A DNA stretch of 64,000 bases from Epiperipatus broadwayi (GCA_028023455.1 JAQFVV010000002.1:27652001-27716000), one strand, 5' to 3'. Numbered from the stretch's first letter, positions 25,301 through 40,179 are shown. A program made the numbers and translations. Notes: generated from the letters alone by a model not told the origin.

Positions 25301-27149
25301 TATAAAAATAAAATAAAAAGCTAAAAGAAAGTTAAAACTGGGAATATTTAATTTTAATGTCTAAAAAAAAAAAAAATTGTTGTGTTTTAAAACTTTGAAG
25401 CTTTAGTTGTTTTTTTTTTTAAAGGCAAATTATCAAGAGATAACACAAATTAAAAAAATTTTTTTTGAAGGAAATGAAAAGTTTTTTTTTTTCTTTGTTA
25501 ACAATTTGAAAATAAAATTAATTATTTTCAAAAATATTAAATGTTAATAAATGAAAATAAAGTGAAAGCAGATTAAGCACAGGCAATGGAAGAACATTTT
25601 GTAAAATATTGCTATAAAGATTGTCGTAGAAATTTTGATTGTTGCTAGCCAATAAAAAAAAAAAAAAAATTCTAATGGGCCATAGCTATTTTGAAGCTGA
25701 CCAATTTGTACAGCTCATAAATTAGCAATTGTGAAGATGATTTTTAATCAATTGGATTCATATTTATTTACCATGATCAAATAGAGATCCAATGGGTGTT
25801 CGATCGACATCTTTCCAGATTTAGTCTTTGAAAGGTGCTGCATGATGCCTAAATATTAAAAATAAATGTTTAGTTATACCTACCATTGTCAGATTTATTT
25901 GCATCACTGTATCAAATCACAATATTTATTTAAAAAAAAAAGTAAACGATGGATTACAAGTGGAATCTACTAAAGAAGAAGCCGACTAAAAGTAACTTAT
26001 TGTTGTCCGAATAAATCTGCTAGTTTTTCCATTTATACTTGAGGCCCTGATAATACATAAATAATGGCCAAAGATCTTAAGGTTACGTTGACATTCAATA
26101 TTTTAAACATGGAAGAAAAAAGGATTGTATATATGTTAATACAAACAAACCAAACGAAAAATTCAGTAAGATCTTTTAAATGATCCCATTATAAAACAAC
26201 TTTGTTTACAATCGTCAAAATTAATTATTTTTGTTACTGCTATAAGAGTAAATTCATTTTATTATATAAAAAGAATTGACATCCTTAAAAAATTTATTGA
26301 ACTGTTAATTATCATTATTAGCCTTGAGACTGGGAGGTGAGAATAGAATAAGATTTTAAACAATTGAGTTTAGATATTTACCAAATACATATTTCATTTT
26401 AATGACTATATACATATGTAAATATAGGAGAAGTTTTGTTGTAAATAAATTATTATTAAAATAATTGTTTCTCACCAATATCTCATCTGACAGACAAGCA
26501 TTTTATGTATATCTAAGAGTATAATATAATTTGATCTAGTATTTCTGATAAGGCTATATATACTTGACTATTAAAATAATAATATATATGTAGGATGGCT
26601 AATGATCAGCTAATATGATGGGCTTGTGTTAAGACTTGTGCTTGATATATTATTACTCACTCTGCTATCATCCATAGTTATAATGAAATAAAATTAAATT
26701 TTAAGTTATAATTATTCCATGTTGTACATACAGAGTTGCCTGCTAGTCCACTGATAACCAAATAATTATTCTTAGCATAAGAAGATATAATAACAAATGT
26801 TTAGTGGGTGCATATCTTTAAAAATGACATAATAATTATTGAAACAATGTTTCCTGTGACTTTCTTTTACAGATGAAATAATTGAAGACTGCAAGTGAAT
26901 GGGTTAAAACTTTTGAAAATTTCAGTGAGAAAAATGAACAAATGGATGATTAACCAAATCAGATCTGAACTCTTGTCTAATGCACAAACAATCAGGTTGA
27001 AATTGTCCTATTTTGGTTGTAATATGAGTTAAAAAAGTACAAGGCTTAAAAATATTGTGTTAACTTTTTCTGAGTATGAATTGCACTCTTGGGTCTTATA
27101 TGGGCTCACAGCTTTAACTCATTCTCTAACTGCTATTTTTAATGTAACT

Positions 27150-27680
27150 TTTCAGAATTTTCCAGAAGAAAAACTGCATTAAATAATGCTGCCATCTTAA
27201 GAATTTTTTTTACAACTAATAAATCAATATTTAGATTTAATGCTATAATAATGAAATTAACCTTGTCTTCCAAGATGCTAATTGGTTATTTCTTGTTCAC
27301 TCCAAAAGAAAGTGCCCGTCAATAATTTTAACAGTTCTATTTCTTCATTTTGATTTTCAAAGTAAAAAATCTTTTTTTACACTTTTATTTTTTTAACAAA
27401 ATATTTGTGAAATATTAATATTTTTAAAAGAATAATTCACATTACAGTAGAAAATATTTACTTTTACATGAAAGCAAATTGATAAAGAAATCAATAATGT
27501 ATGGTAGCTATGGATGACAAAGATACCTTTTATGTTTACTGCGGTATATTATTTTCATCAATTATAGTACCGCAGTAGATTATTTTAATCAATTATAAAT
27601 AGAAATTTATTTTTAAAAAAACTTCCATTTACTTTAATAATCTAATAAATTATTAATTTGCATTTTAGAAACTAAACTAA
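27150..27680 (+). repeat. Dispersed repeat homologous to ~51450-51850
   Basis: Shared blocks agaatttttttacaactaataaatcaata, gtgcc.gtcaat, cttttaca.gaaagcaaatt and agaaatttattttta. Confidence 0.6.
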
Positions 27681-29099
27681 AATAAACATAGTTTTAAAAG
27701 ATAAATATATTCTCATTGCAGAATCTGAAATTAACTGATCAAACGTATGGAACTTTAATTCAATCTGCCAATAGGCATTTTGAACACAAAAAGGGATTTT
27801 AAAAAAGATAATGACCAACAATGAAATGAATATGTACCATTACAATAATAGATAACAATTTCTATCTCAATTTGGATTAGTTATTCATTGGTAAAAAAAA
27901 CAATGAAAAAACAAATCCATATGAATTAAAAAATATTTTTTTATTATTGAACTTGCTAAAACAGTCTTTAAGAGCACAAGTACTACATAAAAAATTGATT
28001 GCAATAATAGTTAAGAAAACAGTCAAAAAAAAAAAAGAACGTAATCCATAAAAATAAATATTACAGAGTATAATAAGGTTGTGAGTAATCTTAACAACAA
28101 AATCGATGATAGGACATTCTGGAGAAATAATATTTATATGGAGAGTCTTTATCCATGATCATTTCCTTAAAATGTGCATAAAGATCAAATTAATGCCAAT
28201 GTGGTCACACTTCCATAAAAATAACATTTACCACCTAAAATAATAAAAATGTGGCATTTTTAATTATTTTTAATAAAATATATAAACAATATATGTATAT
28301 TAATATTATTTGCACAAATATTTAAGAACATAAAAATATGAATTAAATAATCGCAAAAGTTAACTTTTTCACAAATACAGCTGAAGAACTTCCTAGTCAC
28401 GAAGATGAACATTGTGTACTATTAATGGGTTCACGAAAATTTTAACTTTCTTCTTTTTAATAAATCATTTAGTTTCCGAACCTCAAATTTTTAAAGATTT
28501 ATTTAATAATAGATTTACAGTATTTTGTTATTTCAGAGAGGAATCTTGAATTTCTCGATTTTCTAATTGCTATACAATGCAAGTAAGGAAATCAATTAGA
28601 CAAAAAAAGGTCATTGTCCTGAAAAGAGTCTTGATCACTATTGTGACTATGAATGGTGTCCAAGTTTGTTGAAAATACATAACCAATCCTAAATGTAATA
28701 TTAAAATTATAAAAATTCTTAAGATTCTTGATTTGCAAAAATAACAATCTAATCAAACTTAATAAGAGCACTCTGTCCTATTCTAATTATATTATAAGTC
28801 AATTAAACTTCACTCTTCAGTTAGTACAATTCCTAAGAATAAAGACTAAGTATGCCAGTACATACTAAAAATTGATAACACACACACAAAAGGTTTTTGT
28901 ATGTGTGGATTCCACTAAACTAATACTTTTTATCCAAACTAAAGCACTCATATCATTTAATGCCAAGAAGGAGCTGTTAAAGGATGATTTAACAACTTTA
29001 AGAAAACATACAATTTATCTAAGACAATGTCAAGAATATTAGTAAGTGAATATACACACTATGGAAACTTTTCCAGCAAAGTTTGAAAATATAGATAAA

Positions 29100-29620
29100 T
29101 GCCTCTTTTGGAAGAAAATCCCAAGGACTTTTAAAACAGGAGAGAAAACATATCCTAACAGGATATAAAATTGTTAAAAAATAAGTTATTTCTGATGCAG
29201 GAGCTATGCCTATGATCTACTATTCTGAAGTAGGGTCCTCAAATATATATATATAAAGCTTTGGTGATAGATTATTTATTTACAATATGGTTTGATAACT
29301 ATTTCAAATCTGCAATTGAAGTTTACTGAGATCATTTAATAAATTTCCTTTAAGAATCTACTACTGTTATATAATTCTCCATGCCATCCATGGTATGTGA
29401 GTTTTTATTTCAAGACAACTGCTTCATTGCTATCTCCAAATCGTGTAGAAATCATATTAAAATAAAACTGTCTGAAGACATTTACAAAGATTTATGACTG
29501 TAGTAGATGATGAGTGTTGATGAAAAGCAAAATACATTGAAAGCAAATAATCAAAGATGCTTGGGATGAAGTAAAAGAAAAAAATTGGAAGAAAGTAGTT
29601 TCATCCTTAAGCACAATATG
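29100..29620 (+). pseudogene. Possible highly decayed Tc1/IS630-type transposase C-terminus
   Basis: KDAWDEVKEKNWKKVV preceded by a segment resembling YHCELNPIELIW. Very degenerate. Confidence 0.3.
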
Positions 29621-30560
29621 CATTTGAAAACATAATAGAGACAATCAATTCAAATACTGAGGTCATAACTTATGAACTAAAATTACAAGACTAAAGATAT
29701 TAAAGAACTTCTTGAAACACATAGTTATCCTTATAATGAGGACCTGCAGATTGATAAGAGAAACTGTTTAAAGAACAAATATGAACTCTAAGTCTGACGA
29801 TATGGTTCAATATATGACAACCAGAAAATTAAAAAAAAGCAATCCCCAAAGTAAAAAATATATCTGAATTATGAGAATCAATTTTAATTTCAAAAAATTT
29901 CTAAACAAAATAATTGTTACAAAAAACTTTGTAGATTGTCAAACATCATCAGTCATCTCTCCTATTAATCCATCAAATTACAAGCTATCAACATCAGCTT
30001 CTGATAGATTTTTACCAAATTTCTCTGCTTCAAAATGAGATTTCTATTTATGGTGATGAACTTCATTCATTCTCATCAATTAATTCATTTATATCAGAAT
30101 AAAAATAATTTCAGATAAATAATTTTGTTTTCGTTTGAGCTACTATGACCAACAGCGCATATGTTTAGGTTGTAAATCCCTTCTGTTTAAAATGCATGCA
30201 ATCTCTGTGCTAGTAAACAAAATTGAAAATTAAATATTTATTTTTATATTAAATTTCATTTTGCTACATTTAGGTTTCACATGCATTTTATATGTTATAT
30301 ACTTAAGTTATTTATAATTTTTGCCTGCAAAATAATTTCACAAACTAAATAAGTTATGCTTTGACATTTATCTATTTTTGATTTTCAGTAATTCTCTGGT
30401 CATTAATCTGTTGAAAGAGTTGACATATACATAAAATAGTAAAAAAAAAAAAATAATAACTACATTTTAACTTCTACAAAAATATATATATAAAATCAAA
30501 GAATCATAATTAGAATAACATGATATAAGATTACACATATACATTACAAATAAATATTAC

Positions 30561-30664
30561 CTTTCCTGCTTTAAAGCATATTCTAACATTTTTATCCTTC
30601 GTACTAAATCATTTTTCAAATTTTCTTGTCCTTTTCTTTCTCCTTGTAAAAACGCTATCCTCGC
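30561..30664 (-). CDS. STRN: Striatin-family coding exon (first seen; coiled coil): ARIAFLQGERKGQENLKNDLVRRIKMLEYALKQE(R)
   Basis: Acceptor tttttttaAG, 104 bp, donor AAG|gtaata. The peptide is the highly conserved striatin/Cka N-terminal coiled coil. The paralog (STRN/STRN3/STRN4/cka) cannot be assigned. Confidence 0.97.
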
Positions 30665-30949
30665 CTTAAAAAAAAATATTAAAATTTATGTTATCAATCA
30701 TATATAATTCATTTACATAAACATATATAATATGAAAAAAAATTATAAAAAATGTTACATGCGTAACATTTACTTCCAAGTAATGTTATGGATGCAGAAA
30801 TTTGTGGCTAGTGAAGCATTTTGCAAAGTATTCTAACACTTACATATAGGTAAGCACACTGAACCAAACCAAAAAATTTTAAAGCTAAATTTTTTTAAAT
30901 TAAAAATGCCGTGTAATTACTGTTCAATAACACATTTTTGATTATTATT

Positions 30950-31620
30950 AATGTTGCAAAAAAAAAAAAAAAAAAATGTTGAAATTTATTCAACTATTTC
31001 TGATCCATAACTCAACACTTCGCTTGGGATATAATTTAGGACTGCTTCTTTTATTTGTTTTAGCAATGTTATGAATCTTAACTCTATCAATAATATTCTT
31101 TTTTTTAAAATTCATTCAAGTTTTTCATTTCTGATATTCCTTATTAATCCTAATACAGTTTTCCTTATACTTTGCTGTGTAATCTGCATTCTCATTTATT
31201 AAATGTCAAGTTTCAGATCTTTAAGTAAATTGTAGTGGAACATATAAGTATTTTATTTCTCGTGCATATTTCCTTTAAATATTATTTCTGCCTTAAGAAT
31301 TACATTCTAATTTAATTCTAGGAGTAAACCTCATCCATTATGTTTCCATCCATGTTAATATTTTAATCCAGGTATTCACGTGTATTAAGTTATTTTATCC
31401 TACTACAATCAATATTTACTTTTATCCTTTTTGAAATCCCATTAAGTCATTTCAGTATTTATCTTCACTGTTATTTTTTGCTTTCAACTGCCAGCTCTTG
31501 TGATATTTCCTCAAGTATTATTTGTAAAAACAATCAAATCATCTGCAAAATCCATTTGACTTAAATAATAATCATCTACTTTTACTTTTTTTAAAATTTA
31601 CATCAGAGAAAATACATGGT
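30950..31620 (-). mobile_element. Decayed RTE RT 3' fragment
   Basis: MDFADDLIVF, INMDGNIMDEV.SRIKL and YGSE motifs parallel the younger copy at 33000-33450. Confidence 0.55.
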
Positions 31621-32593
31621 TGCACAATATATAAACAAACACCAATTACCACAAATTTGTAATATCAAGAACAATTTGAGAACAGGTCATATTACCATTA
31701 ATTTCCAACCAAAAATTGCAATAAATCACACTGCCTCATTATTATAGGCTAATATTATGGTAACTTTGCAGAATATTCTATTTTTGATCCAAGAATATGA
31801 AGATACAAATGCACCAATCAAAACTCAGAATAAACAATTTTTGCATGCAAACTATTGCAAAGTTGCCAATCACTTCACCAAAAAAACGTAAGAAATAATT
31901 AATTTAGCAAAATAAAAATTTGTATCTAAAAAACAATAAAAATTTTATTTTGTCAGACTTAATATTTTTAGGTTTAATAATAAGATAAGTAAAATAAAGC
32001 AATTTATGAAACATTTATTTAGTGCTATATTAATAGGGATCATTACTCAAGTTCCCGAATAAGATTTTACAGTATGCTAAAATTACTGTGAAAAACTGGA
32101 GAATCCAGAGATAATTCATTAAGAAAACATCTTATCAGCACATGAAATAGCAGCCATCAAAATTAGTTGCAAGTGAACAATATTAAAATAAACCATCTTC
32201 ATAATTAGAACATAGTTCATAAAAGCACACAATTTCTGCTAGTACAGATTTCAGATACCAAAATTATGAATGGGATCTTTTAATTCACTATGATAGTCTC
32301 CAATGATATTTATTCAGGCGGTTTTCTTTCCACTCTTGAAATATTCATTCATTTTATTCACCAAATATGCCTTTGACATTGTAAATGATTTAATTTTGAT
32401 CATTTATTCATCTTTCTTTAAGTTTATTCAATCAAAATTAGCTTTCATTTAATGCTTGACACAAATATGTATAGCACTACCAGCATACAGTATTTAATTA
32501 AAAAAAAACAAAACACCCTGCATTCTTTCCTTTTCCAAAAATATCTCCAATATTCTATTACAGCTCAATCTAATTATTTCTTAGTTGTCATTG

Positions 32594-35500
32594 AATCATC
32601 ATCATCGACCATTGTCAATCGACTGCAGGATGAAGGTATCTCCAAGCTCAAACCGTCTTTTCCGATCTCTAGCATCTCTTCTCCACCTCACCCTGCACAC
32701 TTTCTTATGTCATCCATCCATCTCACACATGGTCTCTTTCTGGGTCTTTTACAACCTCTTGGAATCCAGTTTAAGATTTCAATTGTCCATCTATTATCAT
32801 CTCTTCTAGCAATATGTCCAGCCCAACTCCATTTCAATCATTTAATTATTTCAATGAGGTCAGTAATACCTGTTTGTTCTTTTACTCATATATTATATTT
32901 CAATCTCTTCTTGTTATTCACAACATGCATCTCTCCATACCTTTTTTGAATGGTCTGAAGTCTCCATATTGCTCTTCTATTAAGTGTTCAAGTCTCACAT
33001 TCATAAGTAAGAACTGGTAAAACACATTTATTAAAAACCTTTCTTTTCAAACACATAGGCATATTTCCTTTTAGTATCAAATTATTTCTAACAAAAGCAT
33101 TCCAACCAAGTTTAATTCTATGATTAATTTCATCCATTATGTTTCCATCTGTATTAATAATCTGACTAAGATATTTGTAGCTGTTAACTTCTTCTAACTC
33201 ATCATAATCAAATTTTATTTTCATATTTTGAGAAAATCCATTGAACATTACTTTAGTCTTTTTAACATTTATTCTTAGTCCTACTTTCATCTGATAACTC
33301 CTGCAACATTTCCTGCAGCTCTAAAGCATTATTTGCAAAAACAACTACATCATTTGCAAAATCTAAATGACTTAAATAATCATCTCCATTTACTTTCATT
33401 CCTTTAGATTCACATTTTAATCCACAAAATACTTCTTGCAGCACTGCTGTAAAAAGTTTTGAAGTATAGAGTCACCCTGTCTTACCCCCATCTCAATGTT
33501 GACTTTCCTAGTATCATTATGTAATCTAATTGTTGCTGTTGCATTTTTATAAATATTCTTTAAAATATGACAATATCCTGGATCTATACCTTGATGATCC
33601 AATGCTTTAATCACTGAAGAAATGTTTACAGAATCAAATGCCTTTTCATAATCTACAAATCCAAAGCATAATGACAACTCATATTCATTTGTCCTTTCTA
33701 TAACTTCTCTCAATACCTGGATATGATCTACTGTACTAAAATCATTTTTAAATCCAGCTTGTTATCTGATGGAAATCCAATGTTCACTGTAGATGAGTTG
33801 TAACTATCTTGGTAAAAATTTTGTGAAAAAAGACTGATAGGTCTGTATTTTTCTATTTCTTCATCTGCTTCTTTTAATATATATCAATTATAATTCCATC
33901 ATTACCTGGGACCTTTCCTTTCTTCATAAATTTAATTGCATATCTCACTTCTTCATTTAAAATTCTGAGCAATTAGAAAGATAAAATAGATATAGGAGAT
34001 AAATGTTCTTTATATAATTCTTGATAGAAGTCTTCTACCCATTTCATGATATCATCTCTCTTTTTAGTAACAGATCCATCTTTTTTCCTTATACTTTCTT
34101 ATATCATTTTCAACTGTTTTTCCCACCATTTTACAGAATTCAAGGTATTCAATCCTTTTTAATGCATCATTTTTGTATATCTTCATATTCCTTCTTTTCT
34201 TTATGAATTCTCTAGTTTCAACAGAAATTTTATTGGTCAATTGCTGCTTTTTTCTACCAGCTATCTTTGTTGCAGTTTTTAAAAGTGTATCAGTTATTTT
34301 CTTATTAATTTCATTCAAATCTGAATCATGTTCAAAATCTACTAATACTTGAAACTGATTTAAAATCTACTAATACTTGAAACTAATTTAAATTCGTTAG
34401 AGTGTTTCTGAAGATTAGAAATATCAATTGTAAATATTGTTTTTCTTAATAATTTTTGTATCTCTAGTTTTGCCTTAATACATATCTTACATCTTACTAA
34501 TCGATGATCACTTAAATTTATTAAGAACATTACAATTTTGAAATATGTATTTTCTGTTAGTCAAAATATAATCCAATTCTGCTGTACCTTCATTTGGATG
34601 CTTCTATGTCCATTTCCTTTAACATTTTTCTCAAAAAAAGAATTCATAATATAAAGTTTTTCTTTTTTCTGCAAACTCCACAAGTCTATAACCTCTCTCA
34701 TTTCTATTACCATAACCAAAATTACCTACAGCACTTTTATTTTTCATTTGTTTACCAATTCTAGCACTAAAATCTCCCATAACAATTTTAAAATGTTTGC
34801 TCTGATCAAAAGCCTTTTGTATATACATATAAAAATCTTCTACTACTTCATCACTATGAGAACTTGTTGGGGCATAAACCTGAATCATCTGCATTTGGTA
34901 TCTGCTACTAAGTTGTATAACTAATCTTGCCACTCTGTCCGATACACCAACAATCTCCACAATGTTGTTCTTCCACTTTTTATTTATAATGAATCCTATT
35001 CCCCTTGTATTTTCCAATATTTGTGCCTTTATAGTAGAGAAAGGAGTTTGCTACTAACTGAAAGGAGACCCTTTGATTCTTCTCAGAGGCCTTAAAGGAA
35101 TCGAGCAAGGCAAATTCCTAATGCTCACTCCCTACATTCTTGTCGTTGCAGCTGTTATTACTATGTGATTATTCATATAGCATACGAACATGGATGGGCT
35201 GCTCACCAACACGCATTAGGCAGCGTGATGAGAAACAGCATGGTCTTTCTTCTCAGTTGCCTAAGGCAGAATGAATGTATGTGTAAATGATAAATATTTT
35301 TCCAATAGATATATACAATCAGGCAGACAAAAATAAATTATGGCCCTTATTCCCAGAAGACTGTAAAGTCACCAACCAAGGCAGCGATTGGTAGCCGAAG
35401 GCACAGGGTGCTAAGAATCCCCTGATTGTGGACCAAGACTGCCATTTGATGACAACTTTTTTATTTAGGTACTTACAACTGCAGATCACTTTCAAGTGAA

Positions 35501-35600
35501 CGAAGATTGCAAGAATTAGAAGAACTGTCTTATATTTAATGGGACATTATTGGACTTTGTGAAGTTAGAAGAAAAGGTGAAGAAACCACTGATTGATTTA
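32594..35600 (-). mobile_element. Near full-length decayed RTE-clade LINE (APE + RT), 5' boundary uncertain
   Basis: Endonuclease motifs GIGFII, QVYAPTS, GDFSARIG and GNFGYGNRNERG; RT motifs FVDYEKAFDSV, GVRQGDS, DFANDVV, KVGLRINVKKTKVM and VLPVLTYECET; (GAT)n 3' tail. Confidence 0.92.
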
Positions 35601-35615
35601 AAGTGTCATTTAATA

Positions 35616-37251
35616 TTGATCAAGGTAGTCATCTGAAATCTGGGCACGGCCGCCTGATGGCTTTGTTTATGTGTTAAAACACATAAAAATGCCGTTTCTG
35701 TGGCCGGCCTTATGGCTAATATAACATTTACGTGACATTGCACAAAAATATTACATCCTGTTTTGTGTTTTGAAACTATTTATGCGTATTTGTTCTATCC
35801 ATAGCTGATTACCGTATCGCTTGAGGGTGTTTTAATTTCAAGTCGGTACAACTTTTCAAATCTCCATAATAGAGTAATGTCATTTATATTTAAATAATGT
35901 TGTTAATTACTAATAATTGTCATATGGTCTCCATCCTTCCCTAAAAATTTATGTTAATATGTAAAAAATTGGCAAAGTGTATGTTCGAACATGCTTTGAC
36001 AAAGCTCACGTGCTAAGTCACTTTTCAGCGTGGGAAAATATACGAGACCAATGCAATTTTTCAACTTTTCAGAATTGCCGAACACAGAAAGTGTGTGAGA
36101 GGGTGTTCTTTTTTTTTTTTTCATTTCATTAGAAATTGACAAGTATTTGGATTATTTTTTTTGCAGCGGGGCTAAAATAAATGACTATTTTTGTTGACTT
36201 TTTGTTAATAATAACAAAATATGAAAGCTGCCCAACAAAGCAGTTTATTGTAGAAGGCAAAAAAAAAAAAAAAAAGGTTAAAACGAAATATAAATAAAAG
36301 TAAGAAGTGAGAAAAAGTTGTTGAAAAAAAAAAAAAAAATTGATTTTTGGTTACAATTATTTTTCCGAGCGTGGGGTTTGAAAACAATTTTTTATCCCCC
36401 ACAAAGACAAAAGTTACTTTTGATTTAATAAAAAAAAAAAAAAACAATTTTGTCAAACAAAAAAAGAGAGAGAAAAAATTTGAAACATTTCCCAAATAAT
36501 TTCATTATATTTTTTCAGCAGGGTTAAAACAAATTACTATTTTTGCTATGACATAGGAAGAAAACAAATTACTATTTTTGTTTACTTTTTGTTAATAATA
36601 ACAGTACAAAAGCCCCCAAAAAGCTGTTTATTGTAGAAGCCAAAAAAAAAAAAAAGGCTAATTCAAACGAAATATAAATAAAAGTAAAATAAAAGTAAAA
36701 AGTGAAAAAAAGTTGTTTAAAAAATCAACAACAACAACAAAAAGTAAAATTATTGCCTTTATGTTACGATTATTAATCCGAGGGTGGGGATTTCAAAACA
36801 ATTTTTGAACTCCAAACAACACAAAAGTTACTTTTGATTTAATAATAATAAGAAAAACAATTTAGTCAACCAAAAAAAAAAGGTAGAACAAAGTCAAAAG
36901 AAGGCCCAAATAATTATACCATTATATTTTTTCGGAGGGGTTAAAACAAGTTTTTTCGTCATGAAACAATCCAAAGTTTTAAAATTCAGAAAAATAAACA
37001 CAAAATTAAATTACCAAAATTTGTTGGATAAAGAAAAATGTCAGATTATGAATATAAAAATTTGTTTAATAAAAAAGAAATCATGTTATAAATGAAATAA
37101 AAAATTTGTTTAATCAAAAAAAAAAAAACAAAAAACATGTTCTATAAAAAAAAAGTTGTGGCAGACCGGTAACTTTATACTTGATAGATTTTTGTATAGC
37201 ATCAACGCCCCAAGCGGCCGTGCCCGGATTTCAGATGATTACCTTGATCAA
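35616..37251. mobile_element. Non-autonomous TIR element with ~38-bp TIRs, putative TA TSD and internal ~350-420 bp tandem units
   Basis: Left TTGATCAAGGTAGTCATCTGAAATCTGGGCACGGCCGC matches the reverse complement of the right end with 2 mismatches. TA flanks both sides. Repeat units start at ~36158, ~36510 and ~36926. Confidence 0.85.
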
Positions 37252-38054
37252 TAAATAAAACTAGATATTATTAATTACAGACTAAAACAAAAAATATCTT
37301 TAAAACTCTCACTAACAGTGCTTAATGAATACTTTTTCCTAGTTGTTCAGAAAGAGAAGCTGAGAGAAAAGTTTTTGCTCTTAGTACCTATTTAAATATT
37401 GTCTGGCAGAAATTGGATTGTGATGTCAATATTTTGAATTGGCAGCTTCCAATAGCATATTCTATTGCAGAATACTGTGCTTCTGGAGAAAATGTGCAGA
37501 CATCAAGCTTTATCAAACACAAATTAATATTATCACAATGAGAAATATTAATAGAATATTCTAAGTTTAATCCTTTGCAGTGACTTTCTGCATTTTCATA
37601 ATTTTCCACAAAAGTTGCTTCACAAAAAATATATAAAAAACAACTAAGTATTTCTTCCTGAATGTTTAATCAAAAAAAAAAAAAATCATTCAAACAAGTG
37701 AAAAATTATGCTCTAAAAATTGAACTTTTGAAGATCCAAATAATTTTTTTCTAAATATAATGTATAACTAGCCTGATTTAATCTTCCTAGACATTATTAA
37801 AATCTCAACAGTAGATTTGGGACCATCTATGGGCCCTACTCATTTAAGTCAGAGAATGTCCATTAAATAAAAATATTCACATTTGTATCATTTTGTCTTA
37901 AGGTAGTTTTTTTTTTTAGATTAAATCTTTTATAATGCTTGTTCTCTTGACTTTAGTGAAATGAATCAGTGTTCTTGAAAATGTTGATCTTGAAATATAG
38001 AATTGCAATAATTTTGGAAAATGCCCCCAATGGTTCGGTATTTTGGTATTAGAG

Positions 38055-38286
38055 CTGCAACACGGACCTTGTATTAGAACTATGGTGCCTGTTCAGATTT
38101 GTATCAATCCGCTGATAACTTTGTAATCTTGGGATCTGACCAAAATAATGTGTACATGACTTTTGGCAAAAAAAAAACGTGTACACTGATTTGGACATGG
38201 TATTTTGGCAAGATTTACAAAGTTAGCGGGAGGTCGATAAGAATGTGAACAGGCGCAGTAGGTGTAATACATGTTCAGTGTTGCAG
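38055..38286. repeat. Diverged palindrome (~105-bp arms)
   Basis: ctgcaacac..gtatta..gcctgttca..taactttgtaa versus its reverse complement; about 70-75% identity by eye. Confidence 0.65.
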
Positions 38287-38356
38287 GAATAAAAATAAAT
38301 AAAAGTAAAAACATAATAAACATATTTAACATTTTCAATAAGAAATATATATTTTA

Positions 38357-38895
38357 AACAAGACACTGAAATATGTACGACTTGGACACTAACAACTTTT
38401 AAGAACATTTGAAATAAAAATAAAAAAAAGAGTTGCAATCTAATGAAATGACAGCATTACACAAAAAATTGTTAGTTTAAATATGCACTAAACAAACAGT
38501 AAAAGCTTTTGGTTTTTAAATGAGACATTCAAATATGTAAGAGTGGACACTAACAAGATTTTAGAATGATATTTGAATGCAAAAAAAAAAATGTGATTTG
38601 CTATCTTAATAAAATGGTGGCATTACACACAAAAAAAATATTAGTTTAAATACACACTAAACAAACAGTATTATTTGGGTTTTTAAATAATATTTATAAA
38701 AAGACATTAATTATACATAAAACTTTCACACTAACAACTTTTAAGAATGACATTCCCAATCCAAAAAAAAAAAAAATGTGATTTGCAATCTTAATAAAAT
38801 GATGCCATTATACAAAAAAATTATTACTAAACAAACAGTAAATGATTTTGGTTTTTAAATAATATTTATAAAAACACATTAAGTATACTCTATAC
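38357..38895. repeat. Degenerate tandem repeat, three units of ~170-190 bp
   Basis: Recurrent cactaacaac/gattt, gcaatct.aat.aaatg, ctaaacaaacagta and ggtttttaaat. Confidence 0.7.
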
Positions 38896-40046
38896 CAGTG
38901 GTCTTCAATCTTTTCACCCCTGCGGCCCGGTAAAAATAAGGATAAGATTTCGTGGATCGGCAGAAGTTTACAGATAAATTTTCTTAAAGATGTAACCTGC
39001 TTAGCCTTAGATAAGCAGAATTGTTATAACTGACCAAAACAGCACACTAGTTAATGTGTATAGTAATGGTGTTGCTTACCTACACATGTTGAACACTCTT
39101 TCTCGAGTTGCGCAGTCATACTGCTACAGAAAACATACAATAACAATCGTTCTCATTAATGTGCTTGCATTTTACGTTTATTATTTCATTGTTAAAACAT
39201 GCAAGAATAAAATGTTATTCACCTGAATGTTGAAAAAGTCAAAAGTTTTGATCTTATTTTATTTTTTTGGAGGGGGGAGAGGGGTTGAAAAATACTTTGT
39301 CATCAACTGAGACAAAAGATAGACACCAAAGTTATTTTTTGTTTGTTTTTATTTTTAAAAAAAGGTAACAGAAATTGGTTTTAAAAATAAAAGTTTTAGT
39401 ATTTTAGTGGTATACAAATAAAGCCAAAAAAAATATTGCCTTATAGGCCAAAAAAAAGTGGGTGTATTTTTAAACAAAAAAAAAAAAGAAAACGAAGCTT
39501 GAAAAAGTCGTTTTGATCTTACTTTATTTTGGGGTGGTGGGGATATATTGAGAAATACATTGTAAATGTTAGAGGCAGAACTTAATTTTTGGTTTTTATT
39601 TTTAAAAAAAGGTAATAAAAATTGATTTTCAAAATAAAACCTAAAGCCAAAAAAAAACACTAAAAATGAAATATTAAAAGAGAGAGTAGAAAAAATTTAA
39701 GAGATCAAAAAAAGTCACGTTACATTTTATTGTTTTAACAATGCTGACAAGCAGCCATGATTGGCTATCAAAAAACAACTGGAGTTTGTATAATAAAAAA
39801 CTCCCCCCCCCCATAAACATCTGTGATAAATAGAAAAACAAATTAATTTATGTATGATTGATTAGATTTTGTTTTTGTTCTGTTTCTTTTTTTTTAATCG
39901 GGAAAAAATGCGATGAAAAAATAAATAAAAATTGTTCATATTAATTAAAAGTTTAAAATCATATTATTTTGTTATTAGAAACTTTCTTGCCAGTCTAGCA
40001 GCAGACCAGCAGAAAACTTCTGCGGCCCAGTAATTGAAGATCACTG
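38896..40046. mobile_element. Non-autonomous hAT (Buster/Charlie-type) element
   Basis: TIR CAGTGGTCTTCAAT / ATTGAAGATCACTG (13/14 match). Perfect 8-bp TSD CTCTATAC at 38888-38895 and 40047-40054 with central TA. Confidence 0.92.
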
Positions 40047-40179
40047 CTCTATACAATATTTACTTTGTAATATATAACAGGAATTGTCACCTTGAACAAA
40101 AAATTTAATACCACAGAAAATGGAGATCTCAAACAAAAATTTTCCTTCTGAAAATGTAGCATGTGATTACAGAGTATGC

